A stretch of 64,000 bases of DNA from Solirubrobacterales bacterium (GTDB taxonomy: Bacteria; Actinomycetota; Thermoleophilia; Solirubrobacterales; Solirubrobacteraceae), in assembly GCA_037915935.1 (NCBI GenBank), contig JBAIYK010000040.1, positions 410 to 64,409 on the forward strand. Direction: 5' to 3'. The translations under genes were made by a program, and so were the position numbers. A model generated the notes under the pieces. The model saw nothing but the letters and a program-made list of their open reading frames with translations. It had not been told where the DNA came from and searched no databases. Each line of letters starts with the position of its first letter. The first letter of the stretch is position 1. This document shows positions 40,573 through 52,248 of this stretch, piece after piece.

Positions 40573-41967
40573 ATGCGGGAGCGCGATCGTACGATGCTCG
40601 GCGCGTCAGAGATGCAAGCGACCTGCGCAAAGCTCCACCGGCGGGGCGGACGGGGAGCCATCCGCGCCGCGTTCACCCTCGGCGCGCTGCTCGTCGCCTG
40701 CCTTGCGCTGCCATCGATCCCACGCGCAGGCGCGATCGTCACGAGCGACCTGAGCAGCTTCGAACCGCTCACGCCCTGGCACAAACCGCTGCTGACGCTG
40801 CCGCGCCCGCGCCCGGTCGACTACCTCGGCCTCGCCGAAGCCGGAGTCGGCAAGGGCGATCGCTGGCGGCTCGGCGGCTGGTACTGCGAGTACCTCGGCT
40901 GCAGCAGCGGCCCCTATCCGCTGCTGACGATCTGGGGCGAGGTGCCGATGTTCGAGACCGCGGACGCGCTGCAGCTCGCCGCTCCGAGCGGCGCCCACCG
41001 TCGCCTGGTCGAAAAGTTCGGCCTCGCCTCCGAGCACTACTGGGACAGGGCGCTCGGCGGCTACGCGCCCTATCCCGGTGACCGCGAAGGCAACGTCGAG
41101 GCATTCTTCGACGACAACGGCTGGCTCGGGATCGCCTTCGCCAACGCCTACGCCGCGACCCACGAAGCTCGCTGGCTGCGCGACGCCCAGCGCGCGTTCG
41201 GCTTCATCTCCGCACACGGCTGGGACTCCGCCGGCGGAGGCGGGATGTGGTGGAACACGACGCACCCCTACCACTCCGGCCCCGCGCTCGCCTCCGACGC
41301 CCTGCTCGGGATGCTGCTCTACGCCGACGACCACGAAAGCTCGCAGCTGACCGACGCGAAGGCATACGTGGACTGGGCGAACGTCGCCGACAACCACGAC
41401 GAACGCCAGCTCTACCTCGAGCAGCCGAACAGGCCCGAATCGGTGAACGACTACGTCCAGGCGCCGCTCGTCTACGCCCAGCAGCTGCTCTGCGAAGACG
41501 GCGCGGGCGAGGAATACTGCGTTCACGCCGGCCGGGTGGCGGCGACGATGGCCGAGCAGAACGTGAACGCGTCGGGCTACAAATACAACTACGGCCCCCA
41601 GTACGACGCGATCTTCATGCAGTGGATGATGGCCTACGGCAAGGCGACTGGGCAGCGATACTGGGCAAGGCTCGCCGAAGTGAACGCCGGCGCCGCGGCC
41701 GCGCACGCAAGCGACGGCGAAGGGCTGTGGCTCTCGAGCTGGTGGGGCGGCCCGATCACCGATCCCCAAACGCACCCTGGGATGTTCCGCACCTCTGCCG
41801 CGACGACGAGCCTGTTCGCGTGGACGGCCTACTACGCCGAAGCGGGCGCCTCGACGGCAAGCAGCGTGCAGCCGAGCGTGACCAGCCGTCGCGTCTCCGT
41901 CCACCACGGCGGGCGTGGCCACCATCGGCGCGGACACCACCGCGCTCGCCGCCGCCGTCGGCATTGA
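40573..41967 (+). CDS. Secreted GH76-like glycoside hydrolase (alpha-1,6-mannanase family)
   Basis: C-terminal part of ORF 38980..41967. Signal peptide AIRAAFTLGALLVACLALPSIPRAGA; FFDDNGWLGIAFANAY and GGGMWWN fit GH76. His/Arg-rich tail. Starts at 40594 or 40612 are also possible. Confidence 0.7.
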   Translation: MRERDRTMLGASEMQATCAKLHRRGGRGAIRAAFTLGALLVACLALPSIPRAGAIVTSDLSSFEPLTPWHKPLLTLPRPRPVDYLGLAEAGVGKGDRWRLGGWYCEYLGCSSGPYPLLTIWGEVPMFETADALQLAAPSGAHRRLVEKFGLASEHYWDRALGGYAPYPGDREGNVEAFFDDNGWLGIAFANAYAATHEARWLRDAQRAFGFISAHGWDSAGGGGMWWNTTHPYHSGPALASDALLGMLLYADDHESSQLTDAKAYVDWANVADNHDERQLYLEQPNRPESVNDYVQAPLVYAQQLLCEDGAGEEYCVHAGRVAATMAEQNVNASGYKYNYGPQYDAIFMQWMMAYGKATGQRYWARLAEVNAGAAAAHASDGEGLWLSSWWGGPITDPQTHPGMFRTSAATTSLFAWTAYYAEAGASTASSVQPSVTSRRVSVHHGGRGHHRRGHHRARRRRRH

Positions 41968-41971
41968 GGGC

Positions 41972-43519
41972 TCAGAAGAGGCCGAGCCCGCGCGCGACGT
42001 GGCGCACGAGGTCGAAGAGCGGCTGCGGCACGATCCCGAAGAACAGCGTCGCCGCGCCGGCCAGCACCGCGACGAGCACGACCTCGGGCTGTGTGTCGAG
42101 CTCCGGGGAGCCGCCCGCGATCGCCGGCAGCGGCCCGCGCTCGGACGCCGGCTCCAGGGCACGCCCGTCGGCGTCGGTCTCCGGCGCCTCGCGCATCCAC
42201 ATCGCCGCGACGACGGGCAGGTAGTAGGCGAGCGAGATCATCGAGCCGACGACGATCGCGACCCCGAGCCAGGCGTAGCCGCCGGAGACGGCCGCGTCGA
42301 TCAGGTAGAACTTGCCGACGAAGCCCGCCGTCGCTGGGATTCCTGCGAGGCCGAGCATCGAGAGCGTGAGCGGCCAGGCGAGCAGCGGGCGGCGGCGGCC
42401 GAGCCCGGCGATCGCCTGCATGCTGTCCCCAAGTCCCGTTTCGCGCTCGCGCGCGACGATCACCGCGAAGGCGGCGAGGTTCATCATCAGGTAGACGAGC
42501 AGGTAGAGCACGGTCGCCCTCACGCCGAGCGAGGAGCTGACGACGATCCCCGCGAGCATGTAGCCCGCCTGCGCGACCGAGGAGTAGGCGAGCATCCGCT
42601 TCAGCGAGCTCTGGCCGAGCGCGCCGACGTTGCCGACGATGATCGTGACCGTCGCGAGGACCGCGAGCGCCGGCGCCCAGGAGCTGCTCGCTTCGACCAG
42701 GGCGACGTCGAAGAAGCGCAGGAAAGCGCCGAGCGCCCCGACCTTCGTCGCGACTGCCATGAACGCGGTGATCGGCGTCGGCGCGCCCTCGTAGACGTCG
42801 GGCGTCCACTGGTGGAACGGGGCGACCGAGCTCTTGAAGCAGAAGCCCGCGGCGCAGAGCGCGATCCCGCCGAGCAGCATCGCATCGCCGGCGAGCGATC
42901 GCGAGGAGATCGCGGCGGCGATCTGCCCGAAGCCGGTCGATCCGGTCGCGCCGTAGACGAGGGCGAGCCCATAGAGCAGCGTCGCCGAGCCGACCGAGCC
43001 GATGATCAGGTACTTGAGGCCCGACTCGAGCGAGCGCTCGCGTCTCATTTCGGTCGCGCAGAGCACGTAGAGCGGGATCGAGAGCAGCTCGAGCCCGATG
43101 AACAGGGCGATCGTGTTCTGGGCGGAGGCGAGCAGCGACATGCCGCCGATTGAGCTGAGCAGCAGCGCGTGCAGCTCTCCGTGGGCCGCTTCGTGGCTCG
43201 CCCGGGAGCGCCAGGCGAGCAGCACGGTCGCCCCGCCGGCGGCGATGAGGGCGAGGTCGAGCACGAGCGCGAGGCTGTCGAGCCGCAGCGCGCCGTCGAC
43301 GAGCGACTTCTGCGCCTGCCACTGCCAGATGACGAGCCCGGCCGCGGCGCCGAGAACGGCGAGCGTGAGCAGCGGCACGCCGTGCTCGCGGACCCTGCGC
43401 GGTCCGAGCAGGCCGGCGAGCAGCACGAGGCACGCGCCGCCGAGGAAGGCGATGAGCGGCGAGAGGCCGGCGAAGTCGACGTGGGGGGTCGGGATGTGCG
43501 AGGCGGCGAGCGCGGTCAT
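41972..43519 (-). CDS. nuoN: NADH-quinone oxidoreductase subunit N
   Basis: 515-aa polytopic antiporter-like subunit. Last gene of the operon; ATGA overlap with nuoM. Confidence 0.9.
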   Translation of the reverse strand: MTALAASHIPTPHVDFAGLSPLIAFLGGACLVLLAGLLGPRRVREHGVPLLTLAVLGAAAGLVIWQWQAQKSLVDGALRLDSLALVLDLALIAAGGATVLLAWRSRASHEAAHGELHALLLSSIGGMSLLASAQNTIALFIGLELLSIPLYVLCATEMRRERSLESGLKYLIIGSVGSATLLYGLALVYGATGSTGFGQIAAAISSRSLAGDAMLLGGIALCAAGFCFKSSVAPFHQWTPDVYEGAPTPITAFMAVATKVGALGAFLRFFDVALVEASSSWAPALAVLATVTIIVGNVGALGQSSLKRMLAYSSVAQAGYMLAGIVVSSSLGVRATVLYLLVYLMMNLAAFAVIVARERETGLGDSMQAIAGLGRRRPLLAWPLTLSMLGLAGIPATAGFVGKFYLIDAAVSGGYAWLGVAIVVGSMISLAYYLPVVAAMWMREAPETDADGRALEPASERGPLPAIAGGSPELDTQPEVVLVAVLAGAATLFFGIVPQPLFDLVRHVARGLGLF

Positions 43520-45210
43520 CGGCCTTCTCCTTCCGCTGTCGATTCGCCGCCTGCTGCGCTGGCTTCGCCCGCGGTGGTGGCGGGGGCTGCTTCGGCGGCG
43601 GGCTCGCTCGCGCCGGATTCGGGGCGAGCCGCGACCGGCTTGACCGAGGCGGCCGCCCGCGCCTGCGCCACGGCGGCGGTGACGGAGCGTTCGCTGCGCT
43701 TCAGCGCCGGCTGCGGGTAGAAGGCGAGGAACAGGATCGCGCCGACGAGCGGCGCGAGCACGACGCCCTCGCGCAGGCCGATGTCGCGCGAGCGCACCTC
43801 AGGGCCGACGCGGTTGTGCATCGCCCTGATGAACAGGCGCAGCGCGTAGACGCTCGCGGCGACCACCCCGGCGAACGCGATCACGGCGATCGCGAGCTTC
43901 GTCTTGAAGACGCCGAGCAGGATGAGGAACTCGCCGACGAAGTTCGCCGAGCCCGGCATCGCGAGCGTCGCGAGCGCGACGATCAGGAACAGCGAGGCGA
44001 GCACGGGCGCCCTGAAGGCGACCCCGCCCATGTTCCTGATGTCCTCCGAGCCCCCCGCTCTGCGCGAGAGCAGCAGCACGATGAAGAAGATCGGCGCGAC
44101 GACGAGACCGTGGTTGACCATCTGCAGCAGCGCGCCCTGCGCGCCCTGCGGCTGCAGCGAGAAGACGCCGAGCGTGATGAAGCCGAGCTGCGCGACCGAG
44201 GAGTACCCGGCGATCAGGCGCGCGTCGGTCTGTGTGAAGGCGACGATCGAGCCGTAGAGGATCGAGAGCAGCGCGATCAGCAGCATGAGGGTCTGGAAGT
44301 GGACCGCGGCCTGCGGGAACAGCGGCAGCACGATCGCGAGGAAGCCGTACGCGCCGACCTTCGAGAGCACGCCGGAGAAGACCATCAGCACCTCGATCGG
44401 CATCGTCCGGTAGCCGTCCGGCATCCAGCCGTGCAGCGGGAAGGCGGGCATCTTCACGAGGAACGCGGCGGCGAAGAAGATGAAGATCCACTCCTGCGAG
44501 CCCCTGCCGATCGGCAGGCCCTGGAGGCTCGAGAGCACGAAGGTGATCGGCGTGCCGTGCTGCTGGGAGGCGATGACGCCGGTCGCGACCGCCGCGGCGA
44601 GCATCAGCAGCGAGCCGACGAAGGTGTAGATGACGAGCTTGACCGTCGCTCGCACGCGCGCGGAGCGCTCGCCGCCTCCCCACATCCCCATCAGGAAGTA
44701 GAAGGGGATGAGCATGAGGTCGAAGAAGGCGACGAACAGCGCGAGGTCCTGGGCGAGGAACGCGCCGAGCACCGCCGACTCGGCGACCATGAAGAACAGG
44801 TAGTACAGACCCGATCCCCACCCAGGGCGGGCGGGGTTCTCATTCATCGCGCGCGACTCGCTGCGCAGGTTCGAGGCGAGCATCGCGACCGCGAACAGCA
44901 GGCTCGTCAGCCCGATCAGCAGCACGTTGAGGCCGTCGACGCCGAGCTTGTAGTGGATGCCGAGCGCGGCGATCCAGGTGACGTCGGTGACGTGTTGCAG
45001 GGTCTGCGCGCCAAGTCCTGTCTGCGTGCCCGGCTCGTATTCGACGATGTAGCCGATGCAGAGCCCGAGCGCGGCGAGCGAGCCGATCAGCGCGAGCGCG
45101 CCAGGGATGCCCCGTCCGCGGCCGTCCTCGCGCGCGAGCGCGCGCGAGGCGATCGCGCCGATCAGGCCGCAGGCGGCGGGAAGCCAGATGAGGACGGAGA
45201 GCGGTGGCAT
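43516..45210 (-). CDS. nuoM: NADH-quinone oxidoreductase subunit M
   Basis: Start set at MPPLSVLIWLP (ATG 45210), 2 nt after the nuoL stop. The longer 674-aa ORF start is Arg-rich shadow sequence. Confidence 0.9.
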   Translation of the reverse strand: MPPLSVLIWLPAACGLIGAIASRALAREDGRGRGIPGALALIGSLAALGLCIGYIVEYEPGTQTGLGAQTLQHVTDVTWIAALGIHYKLGVDGLNVLLIGLTSLLFAVAMLASNLRSESRAMNENPARPGWGSGLYYLFFMVAESAVLGAFLAQDLALFVAFFDLMLIPFYFLMGMWGGGERSARVRATVKLVIYTFVGSLLMLAAAVATGVIASQQHGTPITFVLSSLQGLPIGRGSQEWIFIFFAAAFLVKMPAFPLHGWMPDGYRTMPIEVLMVFSGVLSKVGAYGFLAIVLPLFPQAAVHFQTLMLLIALLSILYGSIVAFTQTDARLIAGYSSVAQLGFITLGVFSLQPQGAQGALLQMVNHGLVVAPIFFIVLLLSRRAGGSEDIRNMGGVAFRAPVLASLFLIVALATLAMPGSANFVGEFLILLGVFKTKLAIAVIAFAGVVAASVYALRLFIRAMHNRVGPEVRSRDIGLREGVVLAPLVGAILFLAFYPQPALKRSERSVTAAVAQARAAASVKPVAARPESGASEPAAEAAPATTAGEASAAGGESTAEGEGR

Positions 45211-45212
45211 CG

Positions 45213-47273
45213 TCACGCCTGCAGCAGGAAGTAGAGGCCGACTGCCGCTACGCCGAGCACGATCATCGCCGCGTAGTAGCGCAGCAGGCCGCTCTGGACC
45301 GAGCGCACGATCGCCGAGCCGGCGCGCACGATCCCAGAGGCGCCGCCGACGAGCGCGTCTTCGACGACGAGCCGCTCGAAGGAGTCGTTCGCGAAGCGCC
45401 CGAGCGCCGCCGCCGGGCGCACGACGAGCACGTCGATCGCCTCGTCGAACCACCACTTCGCGGCGAAGAGCGTGTAGAGCGGGCGCAGCTTCCGCTGAAA
45501 TACGGCGGCGCTGCCCGGCCTCACGACCCACAGCCGCCACGCGATCGCGATCCCGAGCAGCGCGAGCAGGGTGCCGCCGATCAGTCCCGCGGTGAGGTTC
45601 GCGGTGTGGGTCTGCGGTTCGTAGAGCCTGTCGGTCGCAAAGCTCGGCTTCAGGAAGTCGTCGATTACGAAGTCGGTCCGCGGGATCTGCAGCAGCCCGG
45701 CGCCGAGCGCGCCGAGCGCGAGCAGCGACATCGCGACCCGCATCGGCAGCGCGACCCGCTTCGGCGCGACGCGCTCCGCGATCGGGTGCTCAGGGCCGGG
45801 GAAGCCGACGTCGACGTCCTCGATCTCGCCGTTCGCGGGGTTGAACGGCTGCTCGGCGTGGTGGAGGTGGCCGGCTTCGAGCTGCCGCGCCTCGGCACAC
45901 GGCTCACCGTGGAAAGTCCTAAAAATCATCCTAAATGTGTAGATCGCGGTGAGGAACGCGCCGAGGTAGCCGACGCCGTAGAGGATCCAGTGCCAGCCTC
46001 CGCGTTCGCCGACGACGAGCAGGATCTCGTCCTTCGAGAAGAAGCCCGAGAACGGCGGCACGCCCGACAGCGCGAGCCCGCCGATGAGGAAGCAGGCGTA
46101 GGTGAAGGGCATCGCCCTGCGGAAGCCTTTCATCCGCTCGATCGACTGCTCGCCGGCCATCGCGCCGATCACCGAGCCGGCCGCCATGAACAGCAGCGCC
46201 TTGAAGAAGGCGTGCGTCATCAGGTGGAACAGCCCCGCCGCATAAGCGCCGACGGAGACGCCCATGATCATGTAGCCGATCTGGGACATCGTCGAGTAGG
46301 CGATGATGCGCTTGATGTCGGTCTGGACGAGGCCGATGCTGCCCGCGATCAGCAGCGTCGCCGCGCCGATCGACGCGCCGACGTCCTCGGCCGCGGGCGC
46401 GTGTTCGAAGAGCGGGTGCATGCGCGCGATCAGGTAGACGCCCGCGGTCACCATCGTCGCCGCGTGGATGAGCGCGGAGACCGGCGTCGGTCCCTCCATC
46501 GCGTCCGGGAGCCAGGTGTGCAGCGGGATCTGGGCCGACTTCGCGAACGCGCCGACGAGCAGCAGCACGCAGCCCGCGACGAGGTCGCCTGCGTTCGGGC
46601 CGGAGCCGAACGCGCCCGCTTCGGCGGCGTGGAAGCTTCCCAGGAATTCGAGCGTGCCGGTGTGCTTGAAGATGAAGAACGTGCCGAGCACGAGCCCGAC
46701 GTCGCCGACGACGTTGATGACGAACGCCTTGATGCCCGCCCTCGTCGCCGTCTGGCGCCTGTACCAGAAGGAGATGAGCAGGTAGGAGGCGGCGCCGACG
46801 AACGCCCAGCCGACGATGAGCAGCAGGAAGTTGCTCGCGAGCACGAGCAGCAGCATCGAGAAGACGAAGAAGTTGAGGTAGGCGAAGTAGCGGACGAAGC
46901 CTCTGTCGCGGTCGAGGTAGGAGATCGAGTAGAGGTGGATGAGCGTCGAGACGCCCGAGACGACGAGGATCATGAACACCGACAGCGGGTCGACGAGGAT
47001 CGACATGCGCGCGTCGATGCCGCTGCTGACCGAGTATTCCCACAGCGCCGAGACCGCTGTGCGGTGACTCGCGGCGTGGCCTTGCATGCTGATGAGAGCG
47101 CCAAGCGAGGCGAGGAAGGAGAGGAAGATCGCGCCCGTGCCGATCCAGCCGGCGGCTCTGGTCGAGACCCATCCGCCGCCCGGCGTCTCAAAGCGGCGCC
47201 AGCCGAGCGAGAGCGTCACCACGCCCACGAGCGGGAATGCGAGCACGAGCCAGCCGAAGGTGGTCTGAGTCAT
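45213..47273 (-). CDS. nuoL: NADH-quinone oxidoreductase subunit L
   Basis: 686 aa, antiporter-like, with a C-terminal extension. Confidence 0.9.
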   Translation of the reverse strand: MTQTTFGWLVLAFPLVGVVTLSLGWRRFETPGGGWVSTRAAGWIGTGAIFLSFLASLGALISMQGHAASHRTAVSALWEYSVSSGIDARMSILVDPLSVFMILVVSGVSTLIHLYSISYLDRDRGFVRYFAYLNFFVFSMLLLVLASNFLLLIVGWAFVGAASYLLISFWYRRQTATRAGIKAFVINVVGDVGLVLGTFFIFKHTGTLEFLGSFHAAEAGAFGSGPNAGDLVAGCVLLLVGAFAKSAQIPLHTWLPDAMEGPTPVSALIHAATMVTAGVYLIARMHPLFEHAPAAEDVGASIGAATLLIAGSIGLVQTDIKRIIAYSTMSQIGYMIMGVSVGAYAAGLFHLMTHAFFKALLFMAAGSVIGAMAGEQSIERMKGFRRAMPFTYACFLIGGLALSGVPPFSGFFSKDEILLVVGERGGWHWILYGVGYLGAFLTAIYTFRMIFRTFHGEPCAEARQLEAGHLHHAEQPFNPANGEIEDVDVGFPGPEHPIAERVAPKRVALPMRVAMSLLALGALGAGLLQIPRTDFVIDDFLKPSFATDRLYEPQTHTANLTAGLIGGTLLALLGIAIAWRLWVVRPGSAAVFQRKLRPLYTLFAAKWWFDEAIDVLVVRPAAALGRFANDSFERLVVEDALVGGASGIVRAGSAIVRSVQSGLLRYYAAMIVLGVAAVGLYFLLQA

Positions 47274-47307
47274 GTCAAGACACTCCGAATCCTGGGCAAC
47301 GCAGCGG

Positions 47308-47607
47308 TCATCCGTGCAGCTCCCTCAGCTCGTCCGCATCGATCGGGAGCCTGCGGCGGTAGATCGCGACGATCATGCCGAGGCCGATGCAGACCTCGCA
47401 GGCCGCGACCGTCATCACGACGATCGCGAAGATCTGGCCGTCGCCGTTGCCCCACATGCGCGAGAAGGCGATGAGGGCGAGGTTCGCGCCGTTCAGCATC
47501 AGCTCGAGGCAGAGCAGCATCACGAGCGGGTTGCGGCGCGTGACGACGCCGACGGCGCCGAGCGCGAACACGATCGCGGACACGGCGAGGTACCAGGCGA
47601 TGGTCAT
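47308..47607 (-). CDS. nuoK: NADH-quinone oxidoreductase subunit K
   Basis: 99 aa, 3 TM, with LCLELMLNGANL. Confidence 0.9.
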   Translation of the reverse strand: MTIAWYLAVSAIVFALGAVGVVTRRNPLVMLLCLELMLNGANLALIAFSRMWGNGDGQIFAIVVMTVAACEVCIGLGMIVAIYRRRLPIDADELRELHG

Positions 47608-47638
47608 CGTGCCAGCCTCCGCTGCATCTCGGTGCGAC

Positions 47639-48325
47639 TCATCGCACCACCTCCGGCTCGCGCTCGGCCTGCTCGCCGCCAGCAGGTGGCGCCGCTGGCA
47701 GGCGCCCTTCGACGCTCTCGGCCATCGTGCCGGTGCCGAGCGGGCGGAAGAGGTTCAGCGGGGAGAGACGCGCCGGTTCCTCCTCGCTGAGGCCGCCGCG
47801 GCGGCGCGCGAGCACGACCGCGCCGACGGCGGCGACGAGCAGCAGGAAGGAGGCGATCTCGAACACGATCAGGAAGCGCGTGAGCAGCAGTTCGCCGATG
47901 TAGGCGGGTGTGCCAAACGTCTTCGGGCCCGGCTGGTATCCCGCGCCGTAGGAGTCGATCGCCTTCAGGCCGGTGCCGAGCAGCGCGACGAGCAACTCTG
48001 CGAGCAGGCAGCCGCCGACGAGCACCGCGAGCGTGCGGGTGCGTCCGACGGCCGCGCTCGCGCCGCGCAGGCGGTCGCCGATCGAGGCGGACTCCTCGCC
48101 GATGTAGGCGACGACGAACACGTAGAGCACCATCACGGCGCCGGCGTAGACGACGACCTGGACCGCGGCGACGAATTCGGCGCGCAGCAGCAGGAACAGC
48201 ACCGCGAGGCAGACGAGGTGCGCGACGAGCGCGAGCACGTTGTAGAAGGCGTCGCGCAGCATGACGACGCCGATCGCGCCCGCGATCACGCCGATCGCGG
48301 CGATGAAGAAGACGACGGCGCTCAT
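47639..48325 (-). CDS. nuoJ: NADH-quinone oxidoreductase subunit J
   Basis: 228 aa, TM-rich; position in the operon supports the call. Confidence 0.85.
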   Translation of the reverse strand: MSAVVFFIAAIGVIAGAIGVVMLRDAFYNVLALVAHLVCLAVLFLLLRAEFVAAVQVVVYAGAVMVLYVFVVAYIGEESASIGDRLRGASAAVGRTRTLAVLVGGCLLAELLVALLGTGLKAIDSYGAGYQPGPKTFGTPAYIGELLLTRFLIVFEIASFLLLVAAVGAVVLARRRGGLSEEEPARLSPLNLFRPLGTGTMAESVEGRLPAAPPAGGEQAEREPEVVR

Positions 48326-48398
48326 CGGGAGGTCCCTTCAGAGGACGCGGGAGGCGCGGCCATCGCTCGACGCTCGCGGGGGGCGCGGGATGCGGTCA

Positions 48399-48931
48399 TC
48401 ACTCGCCCTCCCGGCGCAGCGGCGTACGCTCGAGCGGCTCGGCGAGCAGCATCTCCTTCGTGAAGATGAGGTCCGAGCGGTCGTAGGCGGAGAGCTCGTA
48501 GTCGTGGCCCATCGTGATCGCGTCGAAGGGGCAGGCGACCTCGCAGTAGCCGCAGAAGATGCAGCGCGACATGTTGATCTCGTAGACGGCGGCGTAGCGC
48601 TCGCCGGCGGAGACGCGGTGCTCGGGCGTGTTCTCGGCGGCGACGACCCTGATGCAGTCGGCGGGGCAGGCGGCTGCGCAGAGCGAGCAGCCGACGCACT
48701 TCTCGAGGTTGGTGTCCTCGAAGCGGTGCAGCTTGTGGCGGCCCCGAAAGCGCGGATAGACGGGCACCTTCTCCTCCGGGTACTGGATCGTGACCGGGCC
48801 CTCGATCACGCGCCCGCCGGTCGTGAGCAGGCCGCGCAGCGTCTCGCGGAAGCTGCGCCAGAGGCTGCGCGCAGGCCCGGGCTGCGGCGCGCGCTGGACG
48901 GCGATCACGTCCTCGCCGGGACTCCAGGGCA

Positions 48932-48932
<1 letters not shown>
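48399..48932 (-). CDS. nuoI: NADH-quinone oxidoreductase subunit I (2x[4Fe-4S])
   Basis: Two ferredoxin motifs, CVGCSLCAAACP and CIFCGYCEVACP. The ATG overlaps the nuoH stop by 1 nt. Confidence 0.9.
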
Positions 48933-49956
<1,024 letters not shown>

Positions 49957-49960
<4 letters not shown>

Positions 49961-52248
49961 GAGGCCGCCGTCCGTTCGCGATCGAAGTTCGCCGCCGCCT
50001 CGCGCTCCTGCCAGCGCACGCCCTTCGCGCCGATCTCCTCGAGCGTGAGGCCGGCGTAGAAGGGCACCGCCTCCGCGAGCTGCTCGGTCGCCGCGGCACC
50101 GGAGTCGGCCTCGAGGTCGAGCCCGAGCTGCAGCGCGATCTCGGCGATCACCGTCCACTCCGCGCGCGTCTGCCCAAGCCTGCCGATCGTCGGTCGCAGG
50201 CGCTGGATGCGGCCGTCGGGGTGCACGACGGTGCCTTCCTTCTCAGCGTGCGACTCGGCGGGGAAGACGACGTTCGCGTGCTGAGCGATGCCCTGCGTCA
50301 GCTGCGAAGCGTGTGCGATCACGGTCGTGGCGCGGTCGAGCGCGCTCGCCCACAGCTCGGCGTCCTCGCCCTCGGCGAGCGGGTCGCGCTGCATCAGGTA
50401 GATCGCGCTCAGCTCTCCGGAGGCGAGCGCCGCGGCGATGCCGTCGGCGTCGCGGCCGCGCTCGTGCTCCTCGAGCGGAGCGAGGCCGGGACCCGCGTTC
50501 GGAAGCGCCCCCGCCTCGCGCAGCCCGCGCGCGTTCGTGCCCGCCGGGACTTCGAGCAGGCCCGCGCCGTCTGTCGCGCCGATGTGCAGGCGCTCGGCGA
50601 TCGCGAGCAGCGCGCGGGCGCCCTCCGCGCCCTCGGCGCCCGCGGTCAGGCGTTCGCCCCACACGATCGCGACCTCGCGCGAGGGCGCTCCCTCCTCGGC
50701 GGCATCGCTCGCGGCGCCTCCGGCATCCGTCTCGCCCGTGCTGAGCAGCGCCGCAAGCTGACGCACCGCCTGCGGGTCGGCGCCGGCGCGCCGGGCGAGC
50801 CCGTCGACGTCGGCCGCGCCTGCGCCGCTGTCCTCGGTGGCCGATGGATCGGCGGCTGAGCCGGCGCCCGCGGCGGCGTCGGTCGCTGCCTGCCGGCCGT
50901 CTGCGCCGGTCTCCGCCAGCGCCGCGGCGAGCGCCTGCGCGAAGACGGGGCCCATGCCCGGCGCGTAGCGCACCGACAGCGCGGCCCTGCGGTCGAGCGC
51001 GCTCGGCGCGCTGGAGGCGATCGCGAGCGTGACGCCTTTGTGGCGCACGCCCTTGCGGAGGCGCAGGTCGAGGATCGGCATGTCGTTCACCGGCTCGCAG
51101 TCGAGCAGCAGCACCGCGTGCGCGTGCTCGAGGTCGGAGACCCTCGCCTGCAACGCCGGCTGCGCGAGGCCGCGGTGCAGGTCGAGCGGCAACGTCCCCG
51201 CGCGCCGCGAGTCGACGTGCGGCGAGCGAAGCCCCTCGCGCATCAGCCGTGAGAGCAGGAAGCCCTCCTCGTTGCTCGCCTGCCCGCCGGCGATCGCCGC
51301 GCTGCGCTCGCCGGCGCGCCGCAGCGCGTCCGCCGCCTCCTGCAGCGCGCGCTCCCAGGAGACGGGACGCAGGCTGCCGCCGTCGCGCACGAGCGGCTGC
51401 GTGATCCGCTGCGGGCCGTGGACCTGCTCGCGCACGAAGCGGCCGCGGTCGCAGAGCCAGCCGTCGTCGACCTCGGGGTTCTCTCGCGCGAGCGCTCTGA
51501 GCACCTGCTCGTCGCGGACGGTGAGGGTGACGTTGCACTGCGAGGGGCAGAGCGTGCAGACCGTGCCCGCGTCCTCGACGTCCCAGGGGCGCGCCCTGAA
51601 CCTGTAGGGCAGCGCCGTGAGCGCGCCGACGGGGCAGAGCTCGACGATGTTGCCCGAGAAGGGCGCCTCGTAGGGGTGGCCGTCGAACGTCGCGACGTAG
51701 GAGTGCGCGCCGCGCTCGAGCAGCACGAGCTGGTGGTCTTCGGAGACGTCCTGGGAGAAGCGCACGCAGCGGTAGCAGAGGATGCAGCGCTCCCTGTCGA
51801 TCGCGACCTTCGAGGAGAGCGCGACCGGCTTGACGAAGTGGCGCTTGGGCTCGACGTAACGCGAGATGCCTCCGCCCCAGCCGAATGAGATGTCCTGCAG
51901 CGGGCACTCGCCGCCCTTGTCGCAGACGGGGCAGTCGAGCGGGTGGTTGATCAGCAGGAACTCGACGACGCCCCGCTGCGCTGCCTTCACGCGCTCGGAG
52001 AGCGTGTTGACGACCATGCCGTCCTTCACCGGCGTCGAGCAGCCGGTCTGCAGCTTCGGGATGCCCTCGATCTCGACGAGGCACATCCTGCAGGCGCCGA
52101 CCGGGCCGCCGAGCTTGGGCTCGTAGCAGAAGACGGGGATCTCGACGTCGCCGTGCTTCGCGGCGTCGACGAGCATCGAGTTCTCGGGCGCTTGCACCTC
52201 GCGTCCGTCGATCGTGAAGGTGATGAGACGCTGCTGCGGGCGCGGCAT
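49957..52248 (-). CDS. nuoG: NADH-quinone oxidoreductase subunit G
   Basis: N-terminal [2Fe-2S] and [4Fe-4S] Cys motifs (CRMC, HPLDCPVCDKGGEC, CILCYRCVR). 763 aa with a low-complexity insert. Confidence 0.9.

Noticed and set aside
38980-41967. 995-aa ORF read as one gene
   Set aside because: The first 530 codons or so are an Arg/Gly-rich shadow of pepF. Only the part from about 40573 (signal peptide plus GH76-like domain) looks real.
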